Under the pieces are notes generated by a model. The model worked only from the letters and a program-made list of their open reading frames with translations, searched no databases and was not told where the DNA came from. This document shows positions 42,845 to 53,620 of a DNA stretch of 64,000 nucleotides, piece after piece. The stretch lies in sequence record OR769032.1; one strand, 5' to 3'. Origin of the DNA: Escherichia phage JoYop. The position numbers and the translations under genes were made by a program. How positions within the stretch are numbered: position 1 is the first letter of the stretch; every line of letters starts with the position of its first letter.

Positions 42845-45022
42845 TTAGGCCGCAAGGGCCTTCATAGTTTTAGCGATTTGGGAAACTTCATCATCACTTA
42901 AAGAGTTGCGATAACCGATGAAGTCGGAAACAATACGGAATTTCTTGGTAAACTCAGCAACCATTTTATCACTGTTTTTTGAAGCATTATATGATAATTT
43001 ATCAAAAAGATTAGTTACTGTCCAGATGTCATGACCGATGGTATCTTTTCCACCGTTGAAATATACACCCTGTAATGAACTAACCATATTAGCGAGTCGT
43101 GTATATTTTTCAGAAACTTCATCTGTACTAAAGTACTTCATCATAAAATCTAACTCAGGATACTTGATGATTTTATCAATATATCGTTTAGCTGAACTTG
43201 AATAACCTACGTACTCATCATAATCTACATCATCAAAAGCATCTACATATAAATCACGCACAGTTTCAAAAATACATTGGCACTGACCAAGTTCTTTTAC
43301 CTTTTTCTGTAAAAGAGGACGAATAACATAAAATTCATTAATGCCAATAAGATTAGCCATACGAATCAAAATATTCATAGATGGATTACAAAGAGATGTA
43401 GTACCATCCATAGAAAAAATATCAGAACGATGCATAAACGCTACATAACCAGTAATTTCATCTGCTTCTGATGTAAGCGTAAATAGTTCTTCTTTTTCCC
43501 AACGCCCATCTTTAATTTCAAACTTAAACGCTGTAGCAGCTTTAGGACGAGGAGCTTTACTTTTAACTGCCTTCGGAATATAACTTTTAACTAAAGCTTC
43601 AATTTCTGACAAATAATGAATGTTAACTTCATCACTTTCAAACATCGCCATAATATCAGGAAGTAAATCAATTTGTGATTCTACTTCCGGGTTAATAAAC
43701 AGAAGACGCTCATTATGATGAATATTTAAAGTGTTATTAAATTCACTATCATCTAACGCATGTGCTAATCCACGGACAATATTAACACGATTTTTAATAT
43801 CATCAATAACGATATTAATTTTTGTTGTATTAATACCAAACAGACGATAGCTTGATGCAACGGCTGAAGTTTCATGGCTTTGCTTAATGCGTTTCAGTCG
43901 AGGGTCAAGATTTACTTCATACACAACCCCTGCATTACATAACTTACTATCAGGTTCAAACATGCTCTGCATCTTCTTATATGACAGATTTTTAGTCGTG
44001 AATTTGACTGAATTACTAATCATATAATCTCGAGCAGAATACCCCATCTTCATTAATTCGCGATATGTGTGACGAGGAGATGTAGATTCTTTAAATCGTT
44101 TTACATCTTCATTGAATGCCTTCTCACTAAGCTCTTTAACTCGTTCAATAATATTTTTACGAGTACGATCATCCAGTGAAAGAGCCTCGCGAGATGGAGC
44201 AATATCAAGTGAACCCATTGGAAACTTAATGTAATTCACTTCATTGCGAATGCTTAACCAATTACGCTCTCTAATAACACCATCAATAGGATAAACAATA
44301 CCGCCATATATGGCATACAATCCGCCGCGATCTGGCCAGTATCTTTCTGGATTTACGCCATAATAATCATCAAAATCTGGAAAATAATCAATTTCGCGGT
44401 CAAGACCATTAATGATAGCCAAATCTTTGAACGGTCGCATGATATAAGAAACTTCATAAGCAAAGTTTCTAAAGTCTTTTTCTTCAACTGGAACTACGAT
44501 TTCAATACCAGTTTTATCATCTGGACCCATTTCTTTTACGAATGTAGGTTTAATCTGTGGACCATCGCCATCCATATAAGCTACATAACCACGAATTTCG
44601 CCTTTATGATACGAAGTAATACTAAACGTATCAGTATAACTAAACGGAGATTTAGAACCTAAACCAAATCCACCAATGAAATCGTTGGATTCGGCTTTAG
44701 ATGAACTGAAGTATGAATTATACAAACCAGGAGAATTATCATCACCCTGAATATCAAAATCACTCATACCTGGACCAAAATCTCGGCAAACAAATCGTGG
44801 ATCTAATCGTCCAGGAACTTGAATGATAAATTTTTCAGGATTTCCATTGAGTGCATGAGCATCAATCATGTTAGTAATTAATTCACGAACTACTGCGCGA
44901 ATCTTGTTTGTATATAAATCAGACGACAGAATTTTAAATACTTTAGGAGATGCTGTGATGCTAAATGCTTTTGATTTAGAACCATTGCCCAGAATTGTTT
45001 CTTTTTCAGTGGTGATAATCAT
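42845..45022 (-). CDS. rIIA: rIIA protein
   Basis: 725 aa as in T4 rIIA; N-terminal GHKL-type ATPase-like motif [11 protein letters not shown]. Confidence 0.95.
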   Translation of the reverse strand: MIITTEKETILGNGSKSKAFSITASPKVFKILSSDLYTNKIRAVVRELITNMIDAHALNGNPEKFIIQVPGRLDPRFVCRDFGPGMSDFDIQGDDNSPGLYNSYFSSSKAESNDFIGGFGLGSKSPFSYTDTFSITSYHKGEIRGYVAYMDGDGPQIKPTFVKEMGPDDKTGIEIVVPVEEKDFRNFAYEVSYIMRPFKDLAIINGLDREIDYFPDFDDYYGVNPERYWPDRGGLYAIYGGIVYPIDGVIRERNWLSIRNEVNYIKFPMGSLDIAPSREALSLDDRTRKNIIERVKELSEKAFNEDVKRFKESTSPRHTYRELMKMGYSARDYMISNSVKFTTKNLSYKKMQSMFEPDSKLCNAGVVYEVNLDPRLKRIKQSHETSAVASSYRLFGINTTKINIVIDDIKNRVNIVRGLAHALDDSEFNNTLNIHHNERLLFINPEVESQIDLLPDIMAMFESDEVNIHYLSEIEALVKSYIPKAVKSKAPRPKAATAFKFEIKDGRWEKEELFTLTSEADEITGYVAFMHRSDIFSMDGTTSLCNPSMNILIRMANLIGINEFYVIRPLLQKKVKELGQCQCIFETVRDLYVDAFDDVDYDEYVGYSSSAKRYIDKIIKYPELDFMMKYFSTDEVSEKYTRLANMVSSLQGVYFNGGKDTIGHDIWTVTNLFDKLSYNASKNSDKMVAEFTKKFRIVSDFIGYRNSLSDDEVSQIAKTMKALAA

Positions 45023-45032
45023 AATTTCCTCA

Positions 45033-45236
45033 TTAATTCATATTACGCTTAATAACTTCAGCAACTTCTAGCAATTCATCTTTAGTTGCAGTGTCGGATT
45101 GAATTTTATCTCTAATATCCTTAAAGCGGTTTTTAAACTCTTCGGCTTCTCCCATATCGAAAAAGCGCTGAATGATTCTATATTCTCGATGAACTGCTTT
45201 ATCAAAAAGTTCTAAATTTACTCTATATGATTTCAT
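45033..45236 (-). CDS. hypothetical protein, 67 aa (rIIA.1 position)
   Basis: ORF track; early promoter upstream. Confidence 0.5.
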   Translation of the reverse strand: MKSYRVNLELFDKAVHREYRIIQRFFDMGEAEEFKNRFKDIRDKIQSDTATKDELLEVAEVIKRNMN

Positions 45237-45261
45237 TTCAATATCCTCATTTGCCCAATTA

Positions 45262-45290
45262 ATTATACCACATCCTTGTGGTAAAGTAAA
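45262..45290 (-). promoter_or_regulatory. early promoter (TTTACT-N17-TGG TATAAT)
   Basis: Abuts gene 39 stop; upstream of rIIA.1-position ORF. Confidence 0.65.
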
Positions 45291-47111
45291 CTACTGGCTC
45301 ATCCATTCTTTGCGAAGGTCAGCATTATCTCCCATGAGCATTTCAAAAAGCTCTTTCCAATTCTCAGGAAGTTTAACAACATCATATACTGGATTTTGAA
45401 TCATCTCACGATATTCAGATTTTTCCAAAGAGCCAAGTCCTTTAATATAACGGATGCTATGTTTAGGTAGAGCATCTTTGGCACTCTCATATTCAGCGAC
45501 TGTATAAAACCATTCTTGTTTTTTACCGACCTGAGCGATGATTACAGGAGTTTTGACAAAGCGAATTCTTCCTTGTTCAAACAGTTCTGGCCAATTACTA
45601 AAAAATCCGAGCAGAGAAGGATAAATGCTTCCTAGACCATCATGGTCAGCATCAGTCATAATAGCAATATTACGATAATTCAAGTTTTCAGCTTTTTCAC
45701 CAAGAACTAGACCAGTGATTGCGCAAATATCAAATAGTTCTTTGTTTTTAAGCATATCGGCATATGACATACCCCAGCTATTAAGAACTTTACCACGCAA
45801 CGGATAACCACCATGAAGTTCTTTATCGCGAACATCAATAAGATATCCGATAGCAGAATCGCCTTCGGTTAAGAACAACGTAGTGTCAGCATCTTTACCA
45901 CAAAGATTCGCTTTAATATGTTTATGAACCTTAGCTTTAGAAGCCTTTTTAGCTGCTTTAGTTTCTGCTGCTTTTTCTGCCGCCAATTTACGAGCTAATG
46001 CTGCTTCAATAATTGGCATTAAAATTGCTTCATTATTTAGAATAGCGCGTGAAATCTTTTTAGCATCAAGTTGAATATGACTACGGATTTCACCAAATGG
46101 AGAAGTCAAACGCTCTTTAGTTTGAGAATCAAATCGCATGTTTTTCATATCACGAACAAACATAACGATAGTCAAACATTCTTTAACACGTGCTTTAGTT
46201 ACATCAATTTTGAACTTACGTTTGATTTGTGGAATAAGGTCTTCGCAAATATCATCCATAACACAATCAATGTGATGGCCACCATTCTTAGTGTGAATGT
46301 TATTCACGTAAGTTAATTGACGAAAACCATCCGGTGAACGACCAACCGCAATAGAACAATTTTCTTGCTCTTGAACGATAGCGTGTTCATCATATTGGCG
46401 TGCATATTTCTTAAAATTACCCTGAACCTTTTTACCATTAAAGGTAAATTGAATATCAGGATAAACTACAGCAAGAGTCTGGAGACGATCTAGTGTAATG
46501 TCAAGATAAACTTGGGATAACTCATTAGTTTCAAATGACATAAAATCAGGAATGAAAGTAACACGAGTTCCTTTCCATTTTCCAGGAATATCTTCCCATG
46601 ATTTATTTTCCATGCCATTTGAACAACGAACTACAATATTATTTTGACCATCACCAGTTTCACCGACAAACATCACAGAAAAAATGTTTGTTAAACTAGA
46701 ACCAACACCGTTCATACCACCGGTGACGCGTTCTTTATCATCACCGAAGTTACCACCTGCTTTTGGAATAGTCCATGCAGCAACAGGACCAGGAATTTCT
46801 TCACCGGTAGGTGTTTTAACCATCGCTTGTGGAATACCGCGACCGTTATCTTCAACTGTTACTTGATTGTTTTTAATAGTAACATTAATTTTATTCGCGA
46901 ATTTAAACTTAGTACGAATACCTTCATCTACTGAGTTATCGATAATTTCATCAATAAGCTTAACAAGACCAGGTACATACTGAACACTTTCCCATTTACC
47001 AAACAGAAAGCGCTCATGCATTTCATTAGCTGAAGAGCCAATGTACATGCCGCTACGCTTTTTGATATGTTCAATATCGCTCAGAATTTTAATTTCATTC
47101 TTAATCATCAC
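45291..47111 (-). CDS. 39: topoisomerase II large (ATPase) subunit, single uninterrupted ORF
   Basis: 606 aa with GyrB-type ATPase and Toprim motifs. Confidence 0.93.
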   Translation of the reverse strand: MMIKNEIKILSDIEHIKKRSGMYIGSSANEMHERFLFGKWESVQYVPGLVKLIDEIIDNSVDEGIRTKFKFANKINVTIKNNQVTVEDNGRGIPQAMVKTPTGEEIPGPVAAWTIPKAGGNFGDDKERVTGGMNGVGSSLTNIFSVMFVGETGDGQNNIVVRCSNGMENKSWEDIPGKWKGTRVTFIPDFMSFETNELSQVYLDITLDRLQTLAVVYPDIQFTFNGKKVQGNFKKYARQYDEHAIVQEQENCSIAVGRSPDGFRQLTYVNNIHTKNGGHHIDCVMDDICEDLIPQIKRKFKIDVTKARVKECLTIVMFVRDMKNMRFDSQTKERLTSPFGEIRSHIQLDAKKISRAILNNEAILMPIIEAALARKLAAEKAAETKAAKKASKAKVHKHIKANLCGKDADTTLFLTEGDSAIGYLIDVRDKELHGGYPLRGKVLNSWGMSYADMLKNKELFDICAITGLVLGEKAENLNYRNIAIMTDADHDGLGSIYPSLLGFFSNWPELFEQGRIRFVKTPVIIAQVGKKQEWFYTVAEYESAKDALPKHSIRYIKGLGSLEKSEYREMIQNPVYDVVKLPENWKELFEMLMGDNADLRKEWMSQ

Positions 47112-47177
47112 TTATCCTCGTTTGGTTTCGGGAATATTATACTCCGGTAATCATAAAGCTAAAGGCCCGAAGGCCTT

Positions 47178-47447
47178 TTATTTAAAACGAATAGTCGAAT
47201 CCTTGAAGAATAGACCAGAACACACGGTTCCTTCTACTTTCTGCCCGGTAGGTCCAATAGCACGAAATCCAGTATGTTGGAAATCATTTTCAGAGCAACC
47301 GAACCAGTTATATCCAGTGATTTCAATATTAGTAAAACCACTTGAAGACAAAACTTTAGTTGCATTATCAGCATCAGTACATCCTACTAAAGATACTGCT
47401 AATACTAATGCTGCGATAGAACGATTAACATATTTCATAATTTTCAC
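47178..47447 (-). CDS. putative lipoprotein, 89 aa
   Basis: Signal peptide with lipobox SLVGC. Confidence 0.5.
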   Translation of the reverse strand: MKIMKYVNRSIAALVLAVSLVGCTDADNATKVLSSSGFTNIEITGYNWFGCSENDFQHTGFRAIGPTGQKVEGTVCSGLFFKDSTIRFK

Positions 47448-47815
47448 TTAAATTTAATGGCTTGAAGAAGACTAATAATTCTCAAGCGACTTCTTTCATC
47501 TTTAACTGTAAAAGAAAGAGGGTCACCAGATTTCATAGTAATAGTACATTCAAAATCAAAATCTTCGGGAACTTCTTCGAATAGGTCAAATTCTTCATCA
47601 TAAATTAGAACATTACTCTGAAAACTGTGAAGAATTTTTCCATCATTTCCAGATGCTGTACTAATCATTGTAACATTATTACCTTTCATATCTTCAACGA
47701 TAAATTCGCTTGTAGATATTACAGCATTAATAGAACCATTCCTATAAATAGCAGAAAATAGATATTTCTTTTCTTCGCCTTCGCGAATACGATACTTCTT
47801 ACCGATTTTAAACAT
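47444..47815 (-). CDS. hypothetical protein, 123 aa
   Basis: ORF track. Confidence 0.45.
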   Translation of the reverse strand: MFKIGKKYRIREGEEKKYLFSAIYRNGSINAVISTSEFIVEDMKGNNVTMISTASGNDGKILHSFQSNVLIYDEEFDLFEEVPEDFDFECTITMKSGDPLSFTVKDERSRLRIISLLQAIKFK

Positions 47816-47817
47816 AA

Positions 47818-47994
47818 TTACCCTTTAAGTAAGTCGTAAAAACCGCCATTCACATGCTTAGGAGCAGAAGCCCGACGAGTAGACAAACGATGACATTTAG
47901 GGCAAACATCATTTTCTCGTTCAGAAATCTTTTTAATTTTTTCATATTCATGCCCGCAATCTTCGGATTGGCATTTATAATCATACATTGGCAT
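47818..47994 (-). CDS. zinc-ribbon micro-protein, 58 aa
   Basis: Hand-translated MPMYDYKCQSEDCGHEYEKIKKISERENDVCPKCHRLSTRRASAPKHVNGGFYDLLKG; two CxxC pairs; fills gap between track ORFs. Confidence 0.45.
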   Translation of the reverse strand: MPMYDYKCQSEDCGHEYEKIKKISERENDVCPKCHRLSTRRASAPKHVNGGFYDLLKG

Positions 47995-47996
47995 AA

Positions 47997-48401
47997 TTAT
48001 TCCTTAAAATGTGCTTTCAACATCTGATACAAAGACCATGCGTGTTCATTATTTTCAATAGTAACTTTCATTACCGGGAATTCTGTGAAATCTTCTATCT
48101 GTTCCTGCTCTTCAGAAGCTTGGTATGGATTTTCCACTTCATCAAAGAACTCAGCTTCGTTAGTAGAGAGCCAGATAAAGTTTTCGTCAAGGATATCAGC
48201 GCCGGCACAACGTTTGAGTACACCTGTGAATGTCACAATTTTAGTAGGACGACTGAGATGGTCAACATCTAAAATTTTAAAAGGCTCCATACCTAAACGT
48301 CGTGCATAGATTCCGTTATCAGTATGGTCTTTAATAAAAGCTTCTTGAGCTTGTTTATTTTTAAATTGATACCATTTATTAACTTCAAATCTAATAGCCA
48401 T
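47997..48401 (-). CDS. hypothetical protein, 134 aa
   Basis: ORF track. Confidence 0.45.
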   Translation of the reverse strand: MAIRFEVNKWYQFKNKQAQEAFIKDHTDNGIYARRLGMEPFKILDVDHLSRPTKIVTFTGVLKRCAGADILDENFIWLSTNEAEFFDEVENPYQASEEQEQIEDFTEFPVMKVTIENNEHAWSLYQMLKAHFKE

Positions 48402-48616
48402 TAATAAATTTCCTTCCAGTAAGTTGTACCGTCTTCAGTGATTTCACGGAATACACCATAAATCGGTTGTTTATCACCAACCTTTTCATACACATAAACC
48501 GAAGTCAAGTGAGTAAACTTAACTGTGTGTTCCTTTTGAACTACTACCAAATCTGGATCGAATAATACATCTTCAAATTCGTCATTAGTACAATTCTGAA
48601 CAATTTTACGTTTCAT
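48401..48616 (-). CDS. hypothetical protein, 71 aa
   Basis: ORF track. Confidence 0.4.
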   Translation of the reverse strand: MKRKIVQNCTNDEFEDVLFDPDLVVVQKEHTVKFTHLTSVYVYEKVGDKQPIYGVFREITEDGTTYWKEIY

Positions 48617-48629
48617 TACAATTTCCTCA

Positions 48630-48899
48630 TTAATTAAACAGTGGAGCGATGCGTTTCAGAAGAGTAGCAGCACCTTTGGCGAATTTTACATCATGAAAAA
48701 CAGTTTCTTCTTCCGTTACAACACGAGCTTTAATGTTTTCACAATCCCAATTTTTACGAACAATCTTCAAAAGCTGCAGTAAATCTTTACATTCAGCAAT
48801 ATCGATAACACATCCACGAGAATCTTCCATTATCGCACGATAACCATAAGCCATACCATAATCGTTGAAAGATTGTTCGATGATGATTAAGTTTTCCAT
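48630..48899 (-). CDS. hypothetical protein, ~89 aa
   Basis: Track ORF trimmed to ATG after GGAGAA RBS. Confidence 0.45.
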   Translation of the reverse strand: MENLIIIEQSFNDYGMAYGYRAIMEDSRGCVIDIAECKDLLQLLKIVRKNWDCENIKARVVTEEETVFHDVKFAKGAATLLKRIAPLFN

Positions 48900-48997
48900 T
48901 TTATTCTCCAAGTTGTTTTCTGTATCAGTAGTTGATATTGATATAGTACCATAATCAACTACTGATGTATATAGTTTTATGAAAAAAATTTTAAACT

Positions 48998-49495
48998 TTA
49001 TGCACAGCGAGCTTTGCTATAGTGTTTAATCCAACTTTCAGGAATGACTTTGTATGTTCCTAAAAATACCGCGTTGTACAGCTTAACACCGTCTTCTACC
49101 CACTGATCGGTAATGTATGCGCACATAGCACGAGTACGGTGTTTTTGAACAACCCCTTCCTCATCTTCAGTAAATTCGAATTCATAAGGAGCAACGAACT
49201 TAATAGCTTGACCGAGTTTCCACTTAAAGTCTACACCTACATGTGAAGTATCAATCGTTTCAATTCCTTTAGCAGGAACAGCTTTCAAAAACGCAGATTC
49301 AAGAAATTTCGCACGAACATAGCCAAACTGAGGTTTAGACTTTCCATCTTTAGGAATGATACGCACTTTTACTTCAGAATCTTCATCTTTAACGCCATGT
49401 TTAAGCTGAATGCTTACAATTTCGACCAATTTTCCTGCTGCTTTAGAGCGGGATTTATCAGATACACGAGCTAATTCACCAATATTAATAATCAT
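48998..49495 (-). CDS. hypothetical protein, 165 aa (paralog A; possibly MotB-like)
   Basis: C-terminal ITDQWVEDGVKLYNAVFLGTYKVIPES shared with next ORF. Confidence 0.45.
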   Translation of the reverse strand: MIINIGELARVSDKSRSKAAGKLVEIVSIQLKHGVKDEDSEVKVRIIPKDGKSKPQFGYVRAKFLESAFLKAVPAKGIETIDTSHVGVDFKWKLGQAIKFVAPYEFEFTEDEEGVVQKHRTRAMCAYITDQWVEDGVKLYNAVFLGTYKVIPESWIKHYSKARCA

Positions 49496-49568
49496 AGTTA
49501 TTTCTCACTTGTTAAAAAGATTTTATACTCCGCGGGACCATTATACTCTGGTCCCAAGAGTTTGTAAA

Positions 49569-50003
49569 CTAGCTTACACGAACATTAATCACTGCGCTGC
49601 GAGGAACTACGGAGTACTCTCCAGCATGAACTACATTAAGAAGTTCAACGCCATCTTCAATCCACTGGTCAGTTACCCAACCGCCAATCGGATTCGCGAA
49701 TGGACGACGAATATAAACTGCCTTACACAACAGATCAGTCGGGTCTTCAGGTTTTTCAATTTCTGTCAATAGATTAAAATCTTCTTCATAGATGATGAAT
49801 GATGATACCCTTCCATAATAGTTTCTAATTTCCATGTACACTGTACCAATGAGAATTCCGCTATTAACACTAATAACAGTAAAAGGATATCCGCCAGTTG
49901 TACCAAGAAGTTCCCAAAACTTGCTATCAGTCGTATTCGACATTGTCTGGAAATCAATTTCAGACGGTTTTTTCATTTGATACGTAGTATTAATTTTAAT
50001 CAT
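49569..50003 (-). CDS. hypothetical protein, 144 aa (paralog B)
   Basis: C-terminal VTDQWIEDGVELLNVVHAGEYSVVPRS similar to preceding ORF. Confidence 0.45.
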   Translation of the reverse strand: MIKINTTYQMKKPSEIDFQTMSNTTDSKFWELLGTTGGYPFTVISVNSGILIGTVYMEIRNYYGRVSSFIIYEEDFNLLTEIEKPEDPTDLLCKAVYIRRPFANPIGGWVTDQWIEDGVELLNVVHAGEYSVVPRSAVINVRVS

Positions 50004-50013
50004 AATTTTCTCT

Positions 50014-50511
50014 TTAGTCTAAGGTAATAAAGCCTTTTAATTCAGCATGCGATTTGCGGAACATTACTTGGTGCCCACCAATGATAACTTCATCTTCAGG
50101 AACTTCGTATACAGCAAGATAAAATCCTTTAGAAGCTAATTCTTCACGCTCTTCTCGTGTGAACCATCTCATCATATCATATTCACTAGCGAAAGCAAAA
50201 TGATAAAGAGCTATAAACCATCCTGGAATATGATATTCTACTCCAACATAATCTTTCTTGAACTTAGTATTAATTACTATATTAGCGTTTTTAACTAGTA
50301 GTTTATCTTCGTGTGGTAAAGGAATTCTTTTATTATCGCTATGATGCATAAAATTAGGTCTGTCATAACCTACGTGTAATAGCCACTCTTCGCTCCATGA
50401 ATCTATTATACTCCTGTACGGCGTTATTTGAACACAAAGATTTCGACGTATTGTTATAGCATCTTCATAATCAAGAATACTAAATGATGATTCAACACGA
50501 TAAATTTTCAT
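50014..50511 (-). CDS. hypothetical protein, ~165 aa
   Basis: Track ORF trimmed to ATG at 50511 (MKIYRVESS...) after GAGGA RBS; track start lies inside the promoter. Confidence 0.45.
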   Translation of the reverse strand: MKIYRVESSFSILDYEDAITIRRNLCVQITPYRSIIDSWSEEWLLHVGYDRPNFMHHSDNKRIPLPHEDKLLVKNANIVINTKFKKDYVGVEYHIPGWFIALYHFAFASEYDMMRWFTREEREELASKGFYLAVYEVPEDEVIIGGHQVMFRKSHAELKGFITLD

Positions 50512-50538
50512 TTTATTATCCTCAGTAGCTATGGTGTT

Positions 50539-50567
50539 ATAATACCACAACTAACCGAGGAAGTAAA
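50539..50567 (-). promoter_or_regulatory. early promoter (TTTACT-N17-TGG TATTAT)
   Basis: Between dexA and ORF 50014..50511. Confidence 0.6.
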
Positions 50568-50574
50568 CAACTTT

Positions 50575-51258
50575 TTATCGTTTTGTTGGAAGAGATAGAG
50601 GATCGCAATCTTCCTCTGACGGAGCATCTTCAAGACCCATGGCGTATCGCAAAGCATACTTCATCATCAGGATGTCCTTCGCGCAGTCATGAATAGAATC
50701 ATGCGCAACGAATCCATCTAAGGTTCCTTTTGGAAGAGGACACGTGGTCATATCACGAACAAGTAGAAGTGCTTCAATTCTGGTACGAATATCACGCTGA
50801 TTCCAGAACTTACATGGTTCTAACTTAAATGTGTCAAGCTCATTTTCGGAAACGCCATTAAGACGTTGAATATCACGAATGAGATCGACTAAAATTGGAA
50901 AATCAAACGACATTCCACGGCACCAGCCTTGAGATTTCCAAGGATCGATATTATGTGCATTGATGTAATCATTAAATTTTGCAATACCATCGATAGTGCT
51001 TACATCTTCATCTGATGGTGCAATATTTTTTCGAGCTTCAGGGGATTGATTCTTCCACCATTCGATAGTGCTTTTAGTAAAAAGACGATGTCCTTTTTGG
51101 CTTTTTAAATCAAATTTGATTTTAATGCCGCGTGAAACTAATTCATCGAATGTTTCAACTACTTCTGGATTAGGGTCAAAAGCAATTACAGCCAAATCAA
51201 TAACAGCTGCTTTTTCACCACTTCCCATTGTTTCAAAATCTATAATAAAATCAAACAT
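50575..51258 (-). CDS. dexA: exonuclease A (3'-5' DEDD-type)
   Basis: 227 aa, MFDFIIDFETMG... recognised as T4 DexA. Confidence 0.9.
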   Translation of the reverse strand: MFDFIIDFETMGSGEKAAVIDLAVIAFDPNPEVVETFDELVSRGIKIKFDLKSQKGHRLFTKSTIEWWKNQSPEARKNIAPSDEDVSTIDGIAKFNDYINAHNIDPWKSQGWCRGMSFDFPILVDLIRDIQRLNGVSENELDTFKLEPCKFWNQRDIRTRIEALLLVRDMTTCPLPKGTLDGFVAHDSIHDCAKDILMMKYALRYAMGLEDAPSEEDCDPLSLPTKR

Positions 51259-51500
51259 TAAATTTTCCTTGCTAAATCGCGAATTTGACCTACAGTATAA
51301 TCTTGGATATAAACTTTATTAATGGGCTCATCAATAAATTTTGCCATAGATTCAATATCTTTTTGCATCTCTTCAAGACTGTATACTATCTTTAAAGCTT
51401 TTTCGCGAATAGTAACATTATCAGGTCCTGGATTTTTCTCAATGACAGCTTTAACGTTTGTCATAAGAGATTTAAACTGGCACAAACTTAATTCAATCAT
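51258..51500 (-). CDS. hypothetical protein, 80 aa
   Basis: ORF track. Confidence 0.45.
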   Translation of the reverse strand: MIELSLCQFKSLMTNVKAVIEKNPGPDNVTIREKALKIVYSLEEMQKDIESMAKFIDEPINKVYIQDYTVGQIRDLARKI

Positions 51501-51753
51501 TAATAATCACCTTATAAAGATGGCTAATTTCGCCTAAAACATAATCACTGATTGTAACAGTTTTCACTTCACCACAAAAGAATTCTAGAGCAATTAAATC
51601 TCGTTCAATTTCTTCCAATTGAAGCATTAACTTACCCGATTTAATTTTTACATTTGTGCGATTTTTACTATAAGCTATTTCATAAATTTCGCTCACTTTA
51701 TCCTGAAGAAGATAAAACTGATCTTTAGTTATTTCCACGAATAGCTTCCTCAA
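51493..51753 (-). CDS. hypothetical protein, 86 aa
   Basis: ORF track. Confidence 0.45.
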   Translation of the reverse strand: MRKLFVEITKDQFYLLQDKVSEIYEIAYSKNRTNVKIKSGKLMLQLEEIERDLIALEFFCGEVKTVTISDYVLGEISHLYKVIIND

Positions 51754-51985
51754 ATTTAATTAGTAATTTACAGACACTTTCATCTAATGTAATTACCGTA
51801 TCTGTATTACTATGATATGATTGTTTTTCAATTCGTTTAATTGCTAATATAGTATCACTTATAAGATAAAGCTTATTGAGGAGCTCAGCTCCTGTTACCA
51901 TAACATTAAGATTATCTTGCTTATTAGTATGCTTCCTTATACCATCTATTAGACGATGTAAATATTTTGAATTGATGTTAATCAT
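51725..51985 (-). CDS. hypothetical protein, 86 aa
   Basis: ORF track. Confidence 0.45.
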   Translation of the reverse strand: MININSKYLHRLIDGIRKHTNKQDNLNVMVTGAELLNKLYLISDTILAIKRIEKQSYHSNTDTVITLDESVCKLLIKFEEAIRGNN

Positions 51986-51991
51986 ATAGCC

Positions 51992-53311
51992 TCACACATA
52001 AAATACATCATAACGACCACGGGTAACACCTACATAAAGAAGCTGCTGAGCCAATTCAGCATCTGCATAATGAATACAAGGCGTATAAATGAAAGCACGG
52101 TCTACAGACATGCCCTGAGCTTTATGGAATGTTGATGCAGGAAGTGCTTTCACTTTACTAAACTGTGATTTAGCATCCCAAAAATCACTCCATGGAGCTT
52201 TTCCACCCTTATTCCAATTTTTATAAGTTTCTGCTGTTTTACCTAAAAATAGATTAAACTTATACAGCTCTTCATCGGATGAAATTATTTTAATCTTTTC
52301 ACGATAGTATTCATCATCGCCATAAGTTTCTACTGTCAAGTCCCAATGACGAATTAGGTATTCTCCAGAAACACCACGAGCTTTAACAAAGGTTGACGTA
52401 TACTCTGCTTCTATAATACGAACTAATTGTCCATTGTTAAAAATAATTTCTGACACAGGCTTTCCATCAATTTTATACGTTTTAATTAATGGTTCCTGCA
52501 TTACAATAATTTCACCTACAATAAAATCTTTATCAGTTTCAAAAATCTTTTTACGAATGATGCTATTTAACTTATCGACAGATTTATTCGTAAATGCCAT
52601 TACGCGATTTTCAAACAAATCATCTAGTGATTTAACGATTGAAAAATAATTTACCATAAAATCACGTAAAGCTGAATCACCAGTAAATCCACGTACTCCA
52701 TGACCGTCAACAACTTTATCATAAATCCACTTACCGTTACGAACGTCAGTAGCTACATCAATAATAGGAGCATTACTACGTTTAACTTCAGTGAGTTCAC
52801 ACTGATAAAAGTCTTTGTGTGTAAAGAATGGACTGATATAAGCAGTATTTTCTCCTGGGTCAACAGGTCTAATTTGCTTATTATCACCTATTCCAATTAT
52901 TGTACACCAAGGTGGAATGGTTGAAAGCAGAATTTTAAATAGCTTTCTATCATACATTGACACTTCGTCACAGATTAATACTCTGCATTTAGCTAAATCT
53001 GGTACTTCCTTCTGTTCAAAAAGGACATTTTCTTCATATGTTACAGGGTTAATTTTAAGAATACTATGAATAGTACTCGCTTCTTTCCCTGATAATTTTG
53101 AAAGAATCTTTTTAGCTGCGTGAGTAGGAGCCGCTAAAATAATACCAGTTTCACCTGTAGATATTAGGGCTTCAATAATGAACTTAGTAAGAGTAGTTTT
53201 ACCAGTACCAGCAGGTCCATTAATAGTTACATGGTGTTTCTTTTCTTTAATAGCCTTCATAACCATGTCGAAGGCATTTTTCTGGCCTTCGGTCAAATCA
53301 TCAAATGTCAT
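51992..53311 (-). CDS. dda: Dda DNA helicase (SF1B)
   Basis: 439 aa; Walker A GPAGTGKTT; matches T4 Dda. Confidence 0.95.
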   Translation of the reverse strand: MTFDDLTEGQKNAFDMVMKAIKEKKHHVTINGPAGTGKTTLTKFIIEALISTGETGIILAAPTHAAKKILSKLSGKEASTIHSILKINPVTYEENVLFEQKEVPDLAKCRVLICDEVSMYDRKLFKILLSTIPPWCTIIGIGDNKQIRPVDPGENTAYISPFFTHKDFYQCELTEVKRSNAPIIDVATDVRNGKWIYDKVVDGHGVRGFTGDSALRDFMVNYFSIVKSLDDLFENRVMAFTNKSVDKLNSIIRKKIFETDKDFIVGEIIVMQEPLIKTYKIDGKPVSEIIFNNGQLVRIIEAEYTSTFVKARGVSGEYLIRHWDLTVETYGDDEYYREKIKIISSDEELYKFNLFLGKTAETYKNWNKGGKAPWSDFWDAKSQFSKVKALPASTFHKAQGMSVDRAFIYTPCIHYADAELAQQLLYVGVTRGRYDVFYV

Positions 53312-53619
53312 CGTAAATTCCCTGCAATTGGTATACTAACAATACGCCCAGTATCTAGAATTCGTTGATATAATCTTTGCGTGTCTACGTCAGGCTTAAC
53401 ATGTTTAACTTCTATTTTATTAAACCAAAACTTACGCGGAGTCTCAACTAATCTTGGAATTCCCTTACCTAAAGCTAGTTGATACTGCTCTTTAAGAGTT
53501 GTAAAAACTTTATCAGCAATCTCCCTTTCAAAAAATACAGCAGGACGATGTTCATCAAGAGGAACAGGCACCGCAAATCCATCTTTATCTCTATACACTA
53601 TCGCATATACATAAAACAT
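53308..53619 (-). CDS. hypothetical protein, 103 aa (dda.1 position)
   Basis: ORF track. Confidence 0.5.
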   Translation of the reverse strand: MFYVYAIVYRDKDGFAVPVPLDEHRPAVFFEREIADKVFTTLKEQYQLALGKGIPRLVETPRKFWFNKIEVKHVKPDVDTQRLYQRILDTGRIVSIPIAGNLR

Positions 53620-53620
53620 A

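Noticed and set aside
47743-47750. TATAAATA late-promoter octamer on plus strand inside a minus-strand ORF
   Set aside because: Single 8-mer in AT-rich coding DNA with no downstream plus-strand ORF; likely chance.
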